DNA from: a virus
DNA: 64,000 nt
IMG/VR virus record: IMGVR_UViG_3300042446_001683
Direction: 5' to 3' (one strand)
The position numbers and the translations under genes were made by a program. The notes beneath the pieces are model-generated. The model was not told the origin of the DNA. It did not search any database and was given only the letters and a program-made list of their open reading frames with translations. Every line of letters begins with the position of its first letter. The first letter of the stretch is position 1. Positions 39,954-48,547 of this stretch are shown one piece after another.

Positions 39954-40811
39954 ATGGAAACAACAGCAGTATTATTAAATTGCCGAAATGATGGTTACAA
40001 AGAAGATGAACGTTTTGTAACTTGTATGAATTCAATGATTGAAACATTTGATGAAATATGGTATTGTGACTGGAATTCTCCTTCAGATAAAGGATCACTA
40101 CTTCATCAAAATCTAGATAAAATTCCTCAAATTGGAAAAATTAGACATTTTATAATAGATCCTGAGACAACTAAATTGCTAACAGGTTCTAACCCAAAAA
40201 TAGGAGACTTCTCATACATTATTCCTCAAAATATTCTACTACGTAGATGTACTGCAGACTGGATTGTAAGTTCAGCTATAGACATTATAGCGCCTAATAA
40301 AAAGCATTTTGATGAGTTTTTACCTATGTTAAATAAAAATACATTCTACACAGCGGCTAGAAGAGATATAGAATATTCTGGTCTTGAAGAAATGGGATTT
40401 GAAAATTGGAGAGAATTTAGAGACAAAATGGATATAGAAGTCTCACCTATATACTACCCAGCGAAAGTCACTCCTAACGATAATTGGAGTTTAATTAATT
40501 GTTGTGGTGACTTTCAAATCGCTCATAGAGATGTATGGCATAAAATAAAAGGATTTGAAGAACAAATGGTTTATGCTTGTTACCAAGATACTAATGTACA
40601 GAAAAAAGCAGTATTAAATGGATATAATTTAGAAGCTTATTTAGGTTTACCTTTATATCATTTATCTCATAAAGGTATGGGTAATGATGGAACATCACCA
40701 TCTAAACAACATTATAATGATTCTTGGGATTGGGTTGAATTTTTTATTGAGACCCAAAATGATGAAAATTGGGGATTAGGAGATACTGAAATTGAATTTG
40801 AAATTATCTAG
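39954..40811 (+). CDS. Probable GT-A glycosyltransferase
   Basis: RNDGY, CDWNS, DII, GDFQ, GFEE. Confidence 0.55.
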   Translation: METTAVLLNCRNDGYKEDERFVTCMNSMIETFDEIWYCDWNSPSDKGSLLHQNLDKIPQIGKIRHFIIDPETTKLLTGSNPKIGDFSYIIPQNILLRRCTADWIVSSAIDIIAPNKKHFDEFLPMLNKNTFYTAARRDIEYSGLEEMGFENWREFRDKMDIEVSPIYYPAKVTPNDNWSLINCCGDFQIAHRDVWHKIKGFEEQMVYACYQDTNVQKKAVLNGYNLEAYLGLPLYHLSHKGMGNDGTSPSKQHYNDSWDWVEFFIETQNDENWGLGDTEIEFEII

Positions 40812-40815
40812 TATA

Positions 40816-40846
40816 GTTTGGCTTTTACTTATCTTTTGTTATATTT
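40816..40846 (+). promoter_or_regulatory. Bacteroidota-type promoter
   Basis: gtttggc-N-tatattt. Confidence 0.6.
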
Positions 40847-40861
40847 AGATAAATAAGAGTT

Positions 40862-41038
40862 ATGAGTTATAAAAATTATTATTACTACGCCTCAGTCGAT
40901 TCAAGTGCTGAACCATTAGGACATTGTAACGCTGGTACAATAGGTATCGCTGCTATTCATTTCTCATCAATGAAACAAATGGAAATGAGTGATTTTTTAA
41001 AAATTTATTCTATAAAGGAGAAAGATGAATCTAAATAA
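40862..41038 (+). CDS. Small hypothetical protein (58 aa, not in ORF track)
   Basis: MSYKNYYYYAS...; follows the promoter. Confidence 0.6.
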   Translation: MSYKNYYYYASVDSSAEPLGHCNAGTIGIAAIHFSSMKQMEMSDFLKIYSIKEKDESK

Positions 41039-41429
41039 TTTTGGAACCAAGCTTAGAGTTACAGACAGTAGTAAGAATGCTGAGAATAAAGAAAAACTAC
41101 TATTTATTAGACTTGTAACTGAATTAGATAATTGTTGGATTAGAACTAGTTTTTTACATTCTCAATTAAAAGTTGATTTTTGGAATTATGAAGAACATTT
41201 TTATCATATAATTGAGGATTTAATTTACTTACATTTTGATGAATGGAAAGCAGATCTTATTTTATGGTTTGTATATGATAGAATTGATGCTGAAGGTAAT
41301 ATTCTAGACTTAGAAATTACACCTGAAGACAAGCCAGCTAAGAAATATAAATTAAAGACAGCTGAAGAATTATGGAAAATAATAGAAAAAATAGATAAAG
41401 TAAATAATAAAGGTAAAAAAGATGAGTAG
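41025..41429 (+). CDS. Hypothetical protein
   Basis: Coupled ORF. Confidence 0.7.
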   Translation: MNLNNFGTKLRVTDSSKNAENKEKLLFIRLVTELDNCWIRTSFLHSQLKVDFWNYEEHFYHIIEDLIYLHFDEWKADLILWFVYDRIDAEGNILDLEITPEDKPAKKYKLKTAEELWKIIEKIDKVNNKGKKDE

Positions 41430-41760
41430 AAAATGTATCGTATGTGGGGTTGAAATAGATCCAAGACGTATTGCTATTTTGCCTAACACGCAAACATGTA
41501 CACAACATTCAACAGTTGAGAAAAAAGCAGCTGTGACAGTACAAATGGGAGAAGGTGATCATACATGGATTGAAACATATGCTGTTGATAGAGAAGATCT
41601 TCGTAAGATTGAAGAAGCAGAAAAGAACTTCAGAAAACAATTACTTGAAGATGATAATCCAATTGAAACTGTCTCCACAGATGTAGATGATGATACTAAA
41701 ACATTAAACGACTTCGATTTAGAAGAAGACGCTACTGAATCAGATGTAGACAATGCCTAA
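41422..41760 (+). CDS. DksA/TraR-type zinc-finger protein with acidic tail
   Basis: CIVCG.EI...R...LP....C..H. Confidence 0.65.
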   Translation: MSRKCIVCGVEIDPRRIAILPNTQTCTQHSTVEKKAAVTVQMGEGDHTWIETYAVDREDLRKIEEAEKNFRKQLLEDDNPIETVSTDVDDDTKTLNDFDLEEDATESDVDNA

Positions 41761-42394
41761 AGCAAGACCATTAACAAAAGAATCAATTATCAGTGCAATG
41801 GATAAAACAAAGTCCGTTCGCGCTGCTGCTCGTTATTTGAATTGTTCATACCAGCATATAAAGAAGTGGATGAAATTATATGTTGATGAGAATGGAGTAT
41901 CTTTATTTGACGCTCATAAGAATCAGTCAGGTAAAGGTATTCCTAAATTCTTATCAGTATCTACTATTAACAAAAAAGAACCTGCTATTTTAGATATTAT
42001 AGAAGGCAGAATAGATCCATCTCATTTCAACCCCCAAAAGATTAAATATCGTTTGATAACAGATGGTTATTTAAAAGATGAATGTAGCAATTGCGGCTTC
42101 CATGAACGACGAGTTTCAGATTATAAATCCCCACTGATCTTGCACTTCAAAGACAATAACAAGCAACACTATAGATTAGATAATATGGAGATGCTTTGTT
42201 ACAATTGTTATTATTTAATGGTAGGTGATATATTTAGTGGTAAGCAGCTTGAGGGATTGGAAGATCATAAACCAATAAATCAAAGTGAAGTAGATTGGGA
42301 ATTAGATGAGTATACTAAACAGCGGTTATTAGAATTAGGGTTAGACAAACCGGAACCAACAGATGATGGAAGTGAGTTTGTTAGTAGACTTTAA
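41753..42394 (+). CDS. HTH plus HNH-like zinc-binding protein
   Basis: SVRAAARYL HTH; CSNCG...LHFKDN...N...LCYNC. Confidence 0.7.
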   Translation: MPKARPLTKESIISAMDKTKSVRAAARYLNCSYQHIKKWMKLYVDENGVSLFDAHKNQSGKGIPKFLSVSTINKKEPAILDIIEGRIDPSHFNPQKIKYRLITDGYLKDECSNCGFHERRVSDYKSPLILHFKDNNKQHYRLDNMEMLCYNCYYLMVGDIFSGKQLEGLEDHKPINQSEVDWELDEYTKQRLLELGLDKPEPTDDGSEFVSRL

Positions 42395-42402
42395 TATTTA
42401 TA
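42394..42402 (+). promoter_or_regulatory. Putative late promoter ATATTTATA
   Basis: At the stop codon, just upstream of 42408. Confidence 0.45.
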
Positions 42403-42407
42403 GTTGA

Positions 42408-42566
42408 ATGAAAAAGAGTAAGAAACATAAAGAAGTAACAACTGACTATGATGCTATTAAAGCTAAGCATTTAGAAAAGTTAGCTACTGATATGTTAAAG
42501 AAGGATGAGAAGATGAATCAACTTAAGGGTAAAGCAATTGACCCTGGGTTCCTAAATTTATTTTAA
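42408..42566 (+). CDS. Small basic protein (52 aa, not in ORF track)
   Basis: MKKSKKHKEV... Confidence 0.6.
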   Translation: MKKSKKHKEVTTDYDAIKAKHLEKLATDMLKKDEKMNQLKGKAIDPGFLNLF

Positions 42567-42567
42567 T

Positions 42568-42924
42568 ATGGCTACTGAATTTAGACTTAACAACAGTGAG
42601 GAGTTCCAGGACATGGTTGAGAGGAGAGATTTTTCAATAGCTAAAGCAGTTGTTGAAACATTACTCGCTAACTTAAATACTCGTAAACAACACATTCATG
42701 TTATAACAGTAGTATGTTTAGAGGAAAATGCTGAATACGATATCACACTTGAAAGAAAATACTTTGCTGATACATTACAAGAAAATCTTAAGTACTATGT
42801 TGAAAATGAACAGTATGAAGATTGTACTCGAATTGTAAAAGCAATTAATTATTTAAAAGAAAAACAAAACACACCTAAAACCACACGAAAGAAAAATGGC
42901 AAAAGCAAAACAATCAGCGACTAG
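42568..42924 (+). CDS. Hypothetical protein with UVR-like helix
   Basis: YYVENEQYEDCTRI. Confidence 0.65.
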   Translation: MATEFRLNNSEEFQDMVERRDFSIAKAVVETLLANLNTRKQHIHVITVVCLEENAEYDITLERKYFADTLQENLKYYVENEQYEDCTRIVKAINYLKEKQNTPKTTRKKNGKSKTISD

Positions 42925-43039
42925 AACATTCATCGCTAAACCAAAGAAAAAAAGACCAGGCATACACAGCAAGAAAAAACAAAGTAAGAATAAGAATAGT
43001 AAAAACTATACTAAACCTTACAACAAGCAAGGAAAATAA
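42896..43039 (+). CDS. Very basic peptide (47 aa, not in ORF track)
   Basis: MAKAKQ...KKKRPGIHSKKK...KPYNKQGK. Confidence 0.6.
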   Translation: MAKAKQSATRTFIAKPKKKRPGIHSKKKQSKNKNSKNYTKPYNKQGK

Positions 43040-43056
43040 ATTAAATAAAAATAGTT

Positions 43057-43203
43057 ATGAGTAAAAACAGTGCATTACAAAAATACGAGTGTTTAAAGTC
43101 GTATATTCAAGTTCTAGAAGGTAAACGTAAGAAAAAAGAAGTTACCAAACTACGAAACGAGAAGACATACACAACTAAGAACGCTTATAGAAGTGAGTAT
43201 TAA
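43057..43203 (+). CDS. Small basic protein (48 aa, not in ORF track)
   Basis: MSKNSALQKYE... Confidence 0.55.
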   Translation: MSKNSALQKYECLKSYIQVLEGKRKKKEVTKLRNEKTYTTKNAYRSEY

Positions 43204-43348
43204 AAATTATTTAGACGACATCCCCGACAAGGATTTGGTTATGTTAGCAGAACATGACTGGGATAGTTTAAAAGAATTTTGTTTATTGTTAACTTTAGAT
43301 TTAGAGTTAATTGAACAGGACGATCCTCCCCTTAACCTTCCCAATTAA
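43193..43348 (+). CDS. Small acidic protein (51 aa, GTG start, not in ORF track)
   Basis: Fills the gap up to the hairpin-promoter. Confidence 0.45.
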   Translation: MSIKNYLDDIPDKDLVMLAEHDWDSLKEFCLLLTLDLELIEQDDPPLNLPN

Positions 43349-43351
43349 TAA

Positions 43352-43383
43352 GTTTGGCCTTCGGGCCATTCTTTATTATATTT
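43352..43383 (+). promoter_or_regulatory. Bacteroidota-type promoter with embedded UUCG hairpin
   Basis: gtttggccttcgggccattctttattatattt. Confidence 0.75.
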
Positions 43384-43398
43384 AAACAAATAAAGGTT

Positions 43399-43722
43399 AT
43401 GGAAAGAAGTTATTATTTCAAAGACGGTAAACATTATGTGGTAGGTGGTATTATTCCTCCTGTACTATTTAATTTTGTAGATAAATTAGCAATTTGTCCA
43501 TGGTGGGTTAATGTTCCATTAAATACTACATTTGATGATATTGTTTGGATTAAAGATGATGGTACTCAAACAAAACCAAAACCTAATAATATTGAAGTAA
43601 AATCATCAGATGGTTCAAGTAAGTATATTATTAGAAAAGTAGGTGATAAATATCATTGTTCATGTCCTGGTTATTATAGAGCTAAGGATAGAATTTGTAA
43701 ACATATAAAACAATTAAAATAA
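43399..43722 (+). CDS. SWIM zinc-finger protein
   Basis: CSC...CKH; start re-assigned to MERSY. Confidence 0.75.
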   Translation: MERSYYFKDGKHYVVGGIIPPVLFNFVDKLAICPWWVNVPLNTTFDDIVWIKDDGTQTKPKPNNIEVKSSDGSSKYIIRKVGDKYHCSCPGYYRAKDRICKHIKQLK

Positions 43723-43727
43723 AGGTT

Positions 43728-43850
43728 ATGAAAAAACAAACAAACCCAGAAGATGTGTTGTTCACTATAGCAGCTGTTATGGGAGTAACAATAATAGTAT
43801 TATTTGGAGTGACATCAATAGCAAAATTAATTATACATCTAATAAAATAA
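43728..43850 (+). CDS. Small membrane protein (40 aa, not in ORF track)
   Basis: Single hydrophobic helix. Confidence 0.55.
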   Translation: MKKQTNPEDVLFTIAAVMGVTIIVLFGVTSIAKLIIHLIK

Positions 43851-43853
43851 ATT

Positions 43854-44087
43854 ATGAAGAAAGTAGGGAAGATTACTAACACATGGAAGAAAGCATTGCA
43901 ATTTATCAAATCAAAAAATGTTCCATCTGCAATTGAGCAATTAGATACATGTTTACTCATTCTAGCTAAGGCGACTGAAGAAGGAGAGACAATGATTGAT
44001 AATTTGAAAGTTGATTTGTGGAAGATGAGAGTGTGGGTCAAGATTGAAGATTTAGGAGTGTTACCTGAATATGATGCTAAACTATGA
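43854..44087 (+). CDS. Hypothetical protein
   Basis: ORF in dense operon. Confidence 0.65.
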   Translation: MKKVGKITNTWKKALQFIKSKNVPSAIEQLDTCLLILAKATEEGETMIDNLKVDLWKMRVWVKIEDLGVLPEYDAKL

Positions 44088-44290
44088 AAAGAAAGAAAAG
44101 AGCATTTGATATAAATAAAGAACCTGAGTTCATTGTTTTGAATGACCAATGTCAAGCATTTATTGGATTCAAACAAGGTGAAGCAGTATTCTCAGATGAT
44201 TTGGATTTAGCAAAACCACTCTATAATGATAATCAAGTGGCTACACTCAGAGTATACACTTATAGTAAACTAGAAAAAGAATATATATGA
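44084..44290 (+). CDS. Hypothetical protein
   Basis: ATGA-coupled ORF. Confidence 0.65.
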   Translation: MKRKKRAFDINKEPEFIVLNDQCQAFIGFKQGEAVFSDDLDLAKPLYNDNQVATLRVYTYSKLEKEYI

Positions 44291-44625
44291 AATTATTATT
44301 AGGAATGTTAGTAGGAGTGTTAGCCCAAACATTAACTTTTCTTCAACTGCAAGGAAGATGGAAGTTTGAATGGATGAAGAACCATCAATGGGCTATGGTA
44401 TTATTAGGTATTCCTATTTCAATATTATTCATGACCTCAGTTAGTTTAATGGTTGAACATTTTGATGGACAATTATGGCCATCTAGATTAATTGGTTTTG
44501 TTATAGGTACAATTATGTTTACAATTATGTCTGTGTCATTATTTGGAGAACCAATAACAATGAAGACAGCTATTTGTTTAGTATTAAGTTTAATTATATT
44601 AATGGTACAATTATTTTGGAAATAA
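44287..44625 (+). CDS. Four-TM small membrane protein (SMR/DMT-like size)
   Basis: Four hydrophobic helices; GEPIT. Confidence 0.65.
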   Translation: MKLLLGMLVGVLAQTLTFLQLQGRWKFEWMKNHQWAMVLLGIPISILFMTSVSLMVEHFDGQLWPSRLIGFVIGTIMFTIMSVSLFGEPITMKTAICLVLSLIILMVQLFWK

Positions 44626-44626
44626 T

Positions 44627-44968
44627 ATGGCTGAAAAAACAGGACAGACAGTTAAATTAATTTATGATTTCCCAACTCAACGAGCAACTGAAATACAATT
44701 AGAAGATGGTAGTTGGTTTAGAGTAACATGTAATCGTTTTAGAAGTTATAATGGACCTAGACGAATATGTTACTGGAATGAGGATGGTTCACCTAACCAC
44801 CAGGACTATAATGGACCAGTTTATTTGTTTGAGACAAATATGGTTATGAAAAAGAAATGCCCTCAAGGTTATGTTTATGCTCATGATTATAAGAGTAAAG
44901 CGAGATTAAGAACAGGTGAAAGACATTGGTTAGAAGATCCTGAATTTAAGAAGAATTATAAAGAGTAA
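44627..44968 (+). CDS. Hypothetical protein
   Basis: WFRVT..RFRSYNGPRR. Confidence 0.7.
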   Translation: MAEKTGQTVKLIYDFPTQRATEIQLEDGSWFRVTCNRFRSYNGPRRICYWNEDGSPNHQDYNGPVYLFETNMVMKKKCPQGYVYAHDYKSKARLRTGERHWLEDPEFKKNYKE

Positions 44969-44994
44969 TATATGTATATCCATATATTTACAAG

Positions 44995-45204
44995 GTGGAA
45001 AAAGTATTTAGACAACACACAAATAAAATAATCAAAATACTTAACTCCATAGAGAATGAGGGACAGTTAGAGTGTGCTAAAAATATAATAAGTAACTTTG
45101 TAGAATATTGGAAGTGGAAAAAAATGGATGTAAAAGAAATTAGAAATAATTTGGCTACATTTAATATGATTTATAAATTTAAAAGAAATAGTTTTTATGA
45201 GTAA
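44995..45204 (+). CDS. Hypothetical protein (GTG start)
   Basis: Preceded by ATATGTATA at 44970. Confidence 0.55.
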   Translation: MEKVFRQHTNKIIKILNSIENEGQLECAKNIISNFVEYWKWKKMDVKEIRNNLATFNMIYKFKRNSFYE

Positions 45205-45364
45205 CGAAGAACGTATTGAAGAAATTTTTTATCAAGCACACGCAGCTGGAGATGTAGATAAATTACATCAATATATAAAAGAGTATAAAATATCCCACCC
45301 ACATAAAACTCAAAATGAAATAATTGAATTAGCTCATTTCACAGTTAAGACAGATAGAATGTAA
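45197..45364 (+). CDS. Small hypothetical protein (55 aa, not in ORF track)
   Basis: MSNEERIEEIFYQAH... Confidence 0.55.
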   Translation: MSNEERIEEIFYQAHAAGDVDKLHQYIKEYKISHPHKTQNEIIELAHFTVKTDRM

Positions 45365-45385
45365 ACAAATAAATAAAAATAAAAT

Positions 45386-45706
45386 ATGTTAGTAATTATC
45401 TTATCAGCTGCTTTAGTAGTAGCAACAACAGCAGCAGTAATGTTTGCTTCAAAAACACAGTTTCTTACAAATGAATTAGAAGCTGTTAATTCTGAAATTA
45501 GGCCACTTAAAGAGTCTTTAGAATTAAATAATGCACAACGTCAATTGCTTCGTAATGAGGTGACAGTATTGAAATCTCAAATCCGAGTAATGGAAAGTAA
45601 ATCAATGCATGGTATTGTTGATGTTCCTAAAACTGAGGAAGTAAAGAAAAAGAAAAAATATTTCAAAAAGAAACCAGCCCCAAAAATGTCAGCTGAAAAG
45701 AAGTAA
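45386..45706 (+). CDS. N-terminal TM, coiled coil and basic tail protein
   Basis: Hydrophobic N-terminus, heptad pattern. Confidence 0.65.
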   Translation: MLVIILSAALVVATTAAVMFASKTQFLTNELEAVNSEIRPLKESLELNNAQRQLLRNEVTVLKSQIRVMESKSMHGIVDVPKTEEVKKKKKYFKKKPAPKMSAEKK

Positions 45707-45729
45707 ATTTTACTTAACGTTTCATGATT

Positions 45730-45764
45730 AAGGCTTGGCTTCCCAAGCCTTTTTTGTTATATTT
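45730..45764 (+). terminator. Hairpin terminator overlapping a Bacteroidota-type promoter
   Basis: aaggcttgg-cttc-ccaagcctt plus T-tract, then tatattt. Confidence 0.65.
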
Positions 45765-45783
45765 ATTATATAATAAAAAACAC

Positions 45784-45918
45784 ATGGAAAATAGTAATTT
45801 AAACGGTTTATCATTACGACATGTCGCTCAAATAGTGAGACGTAGAATGATACAGAAGGCAAAACCTTCAGGTAAAGTATATAATAGAAAAAAATATAAA
45901 CATGGTAACCAGGAATGA
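45784..45918 (+). CDS. Small basic protein
   Basis: Start re-assigned to MENSNL; KVYNRKK. Confidence 0.6.
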   Translation: MENSNLNGLSLRHVAQIVRRRMIQKAKPSGKVYNRKKYKHGNQE

Positions 45919-46123
45919 TGTACTTACTCTTAATGGTACACCTTATGTTGTAAGGCGTAGAGTTTGGGTTGGTAGATTTGTAGATAACTTAACAGGTCAA
46001 ACTAGAAATGAACTTATTGAGTTATGGAAAGAGTATACTGAATCAGATCAAGTGTACCAAGAAGGAGAAGCATTATTCTTTTTACAAGAAATTAAAGAAC
46101 CAGAATGGGAGGAAATAATATGA
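45902..46123 (+). CDS. Hypothetical protein
   Basis: Coupled ORF. Confidence 0.65.
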   Translation: MVTRNDVLTLNGTPYVVRRRVWVGRFVDNLTGQTRNELIELWKEYTESDQVYQEGEALFFLQEIKEPEWEEII

Positions 46124-46299
46124 AAAAACTAATTTTATTCTTAATTGTAGCTGTTTTAGCTTCATGCTCAGCTCCTCAAAAAGGCTATAACTATAAAAGC
46201 CATAGTAATAGACAACAAACAATGTATAAACAAACTAAACGAGTTAACAAAGGTAAAAGTCAACTTAATCATCAATGTACACCTAAAAAACATAGATAA
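46120..46299 (+). CDS. Small lipoprotein
   Basis: MKKLILFLIVAVLAS-C lipobox. Confidence 0.65.
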   Translation: MKKLILFLIVAVLASCSAPQKGYNYKSHSNRQQTMYKQTKRVNKGKSQLNHQCTPKKHR

Positions 46300-46871
46300 T
46301 GACAAGTAGAAAAAATAGGTATTTTGATAGAGAAGATCAATTTAGAAGTATTATCTTAAGTGATGATATTGATAATGAGAGTGTTGGGGAAATGATTCAA
46401 TTTATCTTAGATGTTAACGAATATGATGATGAGCAAGACTCAGTCTCTAAAGATTTTGAACGTAAACCAATTAAATTAATCATTAATAGTTTTGGTGGGG
46501 TAATTTATGATGGCTTCGCTTTAATAGGTGTAATTAAAGCCTCAACAACCCCCATTCATACTTACTGTTATGGTTACGCCATGTCAATGGGATTACCAAT
46601 ATTTGCGGCTGGGTGGAAACGAATTGCAAGTAAATATGCTACATTTATGTACCATGAAGCTTTAAATAGTTACCCTCAATTTGATAAATTATCTATTATT
46701 AAAGATGATTTAGATGAGTGTAATCGTATAATGAAACAATATGATGAAATTCTATTATTAAACTCAACTATATCTCAAAAACAATTAGACGATGTTAAAA
46801 AATCAAGACGTGACTGGTATTTCACAGCCGAAGAAGCATTTAAGTATGGAATGGTTGATGAGATTGAATAA
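46299..46871 (+). CDS. clpP: ClpP-like protease
   Basis: INSFGG, AMSMG (Ser), FMYH (His), RDWYFTAEEA.KYG.VDEI (Asp). Confidence 0.88.
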   Translation: MTSRKNRYFDREDQFRSIILSDDIDNESVGEMIQFILDVNEYDDEQDSVSKDFERKPIKLIINSFGGVIYDGFALIGVIKASTTPIHTYCYGYAMSMGLPIFAAGWKRIASKYATFMYHEALNSYPQFDKLSIIKDDLDECNRIMKQYDEILLLNSTISQKQLDDVKKSRRDWYFTAEEAFKYGMVDEIE

Positions 46872-46941
46872 TTGGTGGAAACAATTTGTTAAGAAACATA
46901 TTATTGATATGTGTCCTAAAGAATTAGATGATTTATTCTAA
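46858..46941 (+). CDS. Possible 27-aa peptide
   Basis: MRLNNWWKQFVKKHII...; TAATG-coupled to the next gene. Confidence 0.35.
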   Translation: MRLNNWWKQFVKKHIIDMCPKELDDLF

Positions 46942-47375
46942 TGGAGTTAATTACAACTTACATTTGCAAGAAAGGTGATATAGGTGTCCATGATAATATG
47001 TTTGGTGGTACTATAATGTCTTTAATTGATGACGCTGCTGCTTCATATGTAGCTCAAATTTGTGATACACAACGAGTTGTTACCTTAAAAATTGATGAAC
47101 TGATATTTAAGAAACCAGTTAAAGTAGGTAGTATACTTAAAATATATGGTGACATCATCAAGTTCGGTAATACCTCAGTTACAGTGGAAATAGATGTCCG
47201 TAAACATAATGTTTATACTGGCGCGCAAGAGACAGTTACTCACACTAAAATGACCTTTGTTCGCATTGATGATGAAGGTAAACCATTACCAATACACCAG
47301 TATGTAAAAGATAGATATTGGGAACGAAAGAAACAATACGGAAAGGGATTATTAAATTCTGACGAGAAAAAATAA
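46941..47375 (+). CDS. Acyl-CoA thioesterase (hotdog fold)
   Basis: NMFGG..MS.ID, F.KPVKVG, GNTS, TFVRID..GKP. Confidence 0.85.
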   Translation: MELITTYICKKGDIGVHDNMFGGTIMSLIDDAAASYVAQICDTQRVVTLKIDELIFKKPVKVGSILKIYGDIIKFGNTSVTVEIDVRKHNVYTGAQETVTHTKMTFVRIDDEGKPLPIHQYVKDRYWERKKQYGKGLLNSDEKK

Positions 47376-47379
47376 TTAT

Positions 47380-47388
47380 ATATTTATA
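47380..47388 (+). promoter_or_regulatory. Putative late promoter ATATTTATA
   Basis: Intergenic, upstream of 47402. Confidence 0.5.
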
Positions 47389-47401
47389 ATAAAATAAAAT
47401 T

Positions 47402-47938
47402 ATGGCATTTAATGTATACGAGTGGAGACGAAATCAATTATTACTTGAAAACGAAAATGGTTTTAACTATGGTACTTATTCTAAAGAAGAAGTAATAGCT
47501 AAAGTTGGGCCTGGGGGTCAAGTACGTTGGGGTAGTAAGTTAGTAACTGTAGATGAACTGCCTGATCAAGTTCAATTCACTAAAGTAATAAGTGGTATTC
47601 CAACATTTTTACCTGTTGGTAAACCTAAAGATATGGGTGACTCAAGTAAAACAATTGATTACCAAATGGGTTTAGATAAAAACCCAAAATTAGATGAAAT
47701 GGGAGGTGATAAGAAAATGTATGGTATTGAAAAAAATAGCACACCATATGATTTTGGACCATACACTTATGAAGAAGCCAAAGCTAAAGCTGCTGAGTTA
47801 TCAGCTAAAAACTTTAATAACATCTTCCAACCAAAACCACTTTCTAACATGGAAGATGATTTACCAGCTATAGACAGAATGGGTATGCCAGGTCGTAGTT
47901 CTAGAGGTATGTCTAGTGGAGACTTAGGTGATTATTAA
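47402..47938 (+). CDS. Protein with MAFNVYEWRRNQLLLE leader (putative virion internal protein)
   Basis: Late-type island; leader ends in LLLE. Confidence 0.5.
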   Translation: MAFNVYEWRRNQLLLENENGFNYGTYSKEEVIAKVGPGGQVRWGSKLVTVDELPDQVQFTKVISGIPTFLPVGKPKDMGDSSKTIDYQMGLDKNPKLDEMGGDKKMYGIEKNSTPYDFGPYTYEEAKAKAAELSAKNFNNIFQPKPLSNMEDDLPAIDRMGMPGRSSRGMSSGDLGDY

Positions 47939-47960
47939 AATCTAAAAAATAAATAAAAAT

Positions 47961-47993
47961 AAATAGGCCTTCGGGCCTATTTTTATTATATTA
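47961..47993 (+). terminator. UUCG terminator hairpin overlapping a promoter
   Basis: aaataggcc-ttcg-ggcctattt plus T-tract, then tatatta. Confidence 0.75.
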
Positions 47994-48015
47994 AAGTATA
48001 AATAAAAAATAAGTT

Positions 48016-48270
48016 ATGGCTGAATTTAGCAAACAATGGGTCGAAAAAAATGATCCGGAAATGGGTTGGGATTTTGATATTGAAGCAATCGCTTCAGAAA
48101 TGCCTAACAGTACAATGACTAATTACTATCTATGTGAGGGCTTTGGAGCAGTCGCAATTGGTAAAGATGAAAATGGAGAGATTCATTTAGCAATAGCAAA
48201 TGGTAATTTTAATGATGAGGGTGAGGTTGAAGCAGAATGGAAAACATTAGAGGAGGTGATCAATGGATAA
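48016..48270 (+). CDS. Acidic hypothetical protein
   Basis: MAEFSKQW...LCEGFG. Confidence 0.7.
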   Translation: MAEFSKQWVEKNDPEMGWDFDIEAIASEMPNSTMTNYYLCEGFGAVAIGKDENGEIHLAIANGNFNDEGEVEAEWKTLEEVING

Positions 48271-48469
48271 AATGATGTCGTTATATGAGTTCTTAGGTAA
48301 GGCAGCTGGGACCGAATTAGGTAAAAAAGTATATCTCGCCTCATTAGAAGGTGGATGGAAACATGATACACGAAAAGTGTCTAATCCTAAATACACAGGA
48401 AATGTAATGTTGTATCCTGAACAGTTTTTAAAAGAGTATTTCAAACCTAAAGAAGATTTACCATTTTAA
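48263..48469 (+). CDS. Hypothetical protein
   Basis: SLYEFLGKAAG..LG..V. Confidence 0.7.
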   Translation: MDKMMSLYEFLGKAAGTELGKKVYLASLEGGWKHDTRKVSNPKYTGNVMLYPEQFLKEYFKPKEDLPF

Positions 48470-48489
48470 GTAAACCTTTCATGACAAAT

Positions 48490-48521
48490 GTTTGGCCTTC
48501 GGGCCATTCCTTGTTATATTT
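48490..48521 (+). promoter_or_regulatory. Bacteroidota-type promoter with embedded UUCG hairpin
   Basis: gtttggccttcgggccattccttgttatattt. Confidence 0.75.
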
Positions 48522-48547
48522 AGATATAATAAAAAATAATAAAAGTT

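Noticed and set aside
19929-43398. Apparent shared N-terminus MAFGPFFIIF in ORFs 19929 and 43354
   Set aside because: Artefact of reading the repeated promoter/hairpin from its TTG; real starts are 19965 and 43399. The same issue extends ORFs 16778, 45724, 62203 and 62527.
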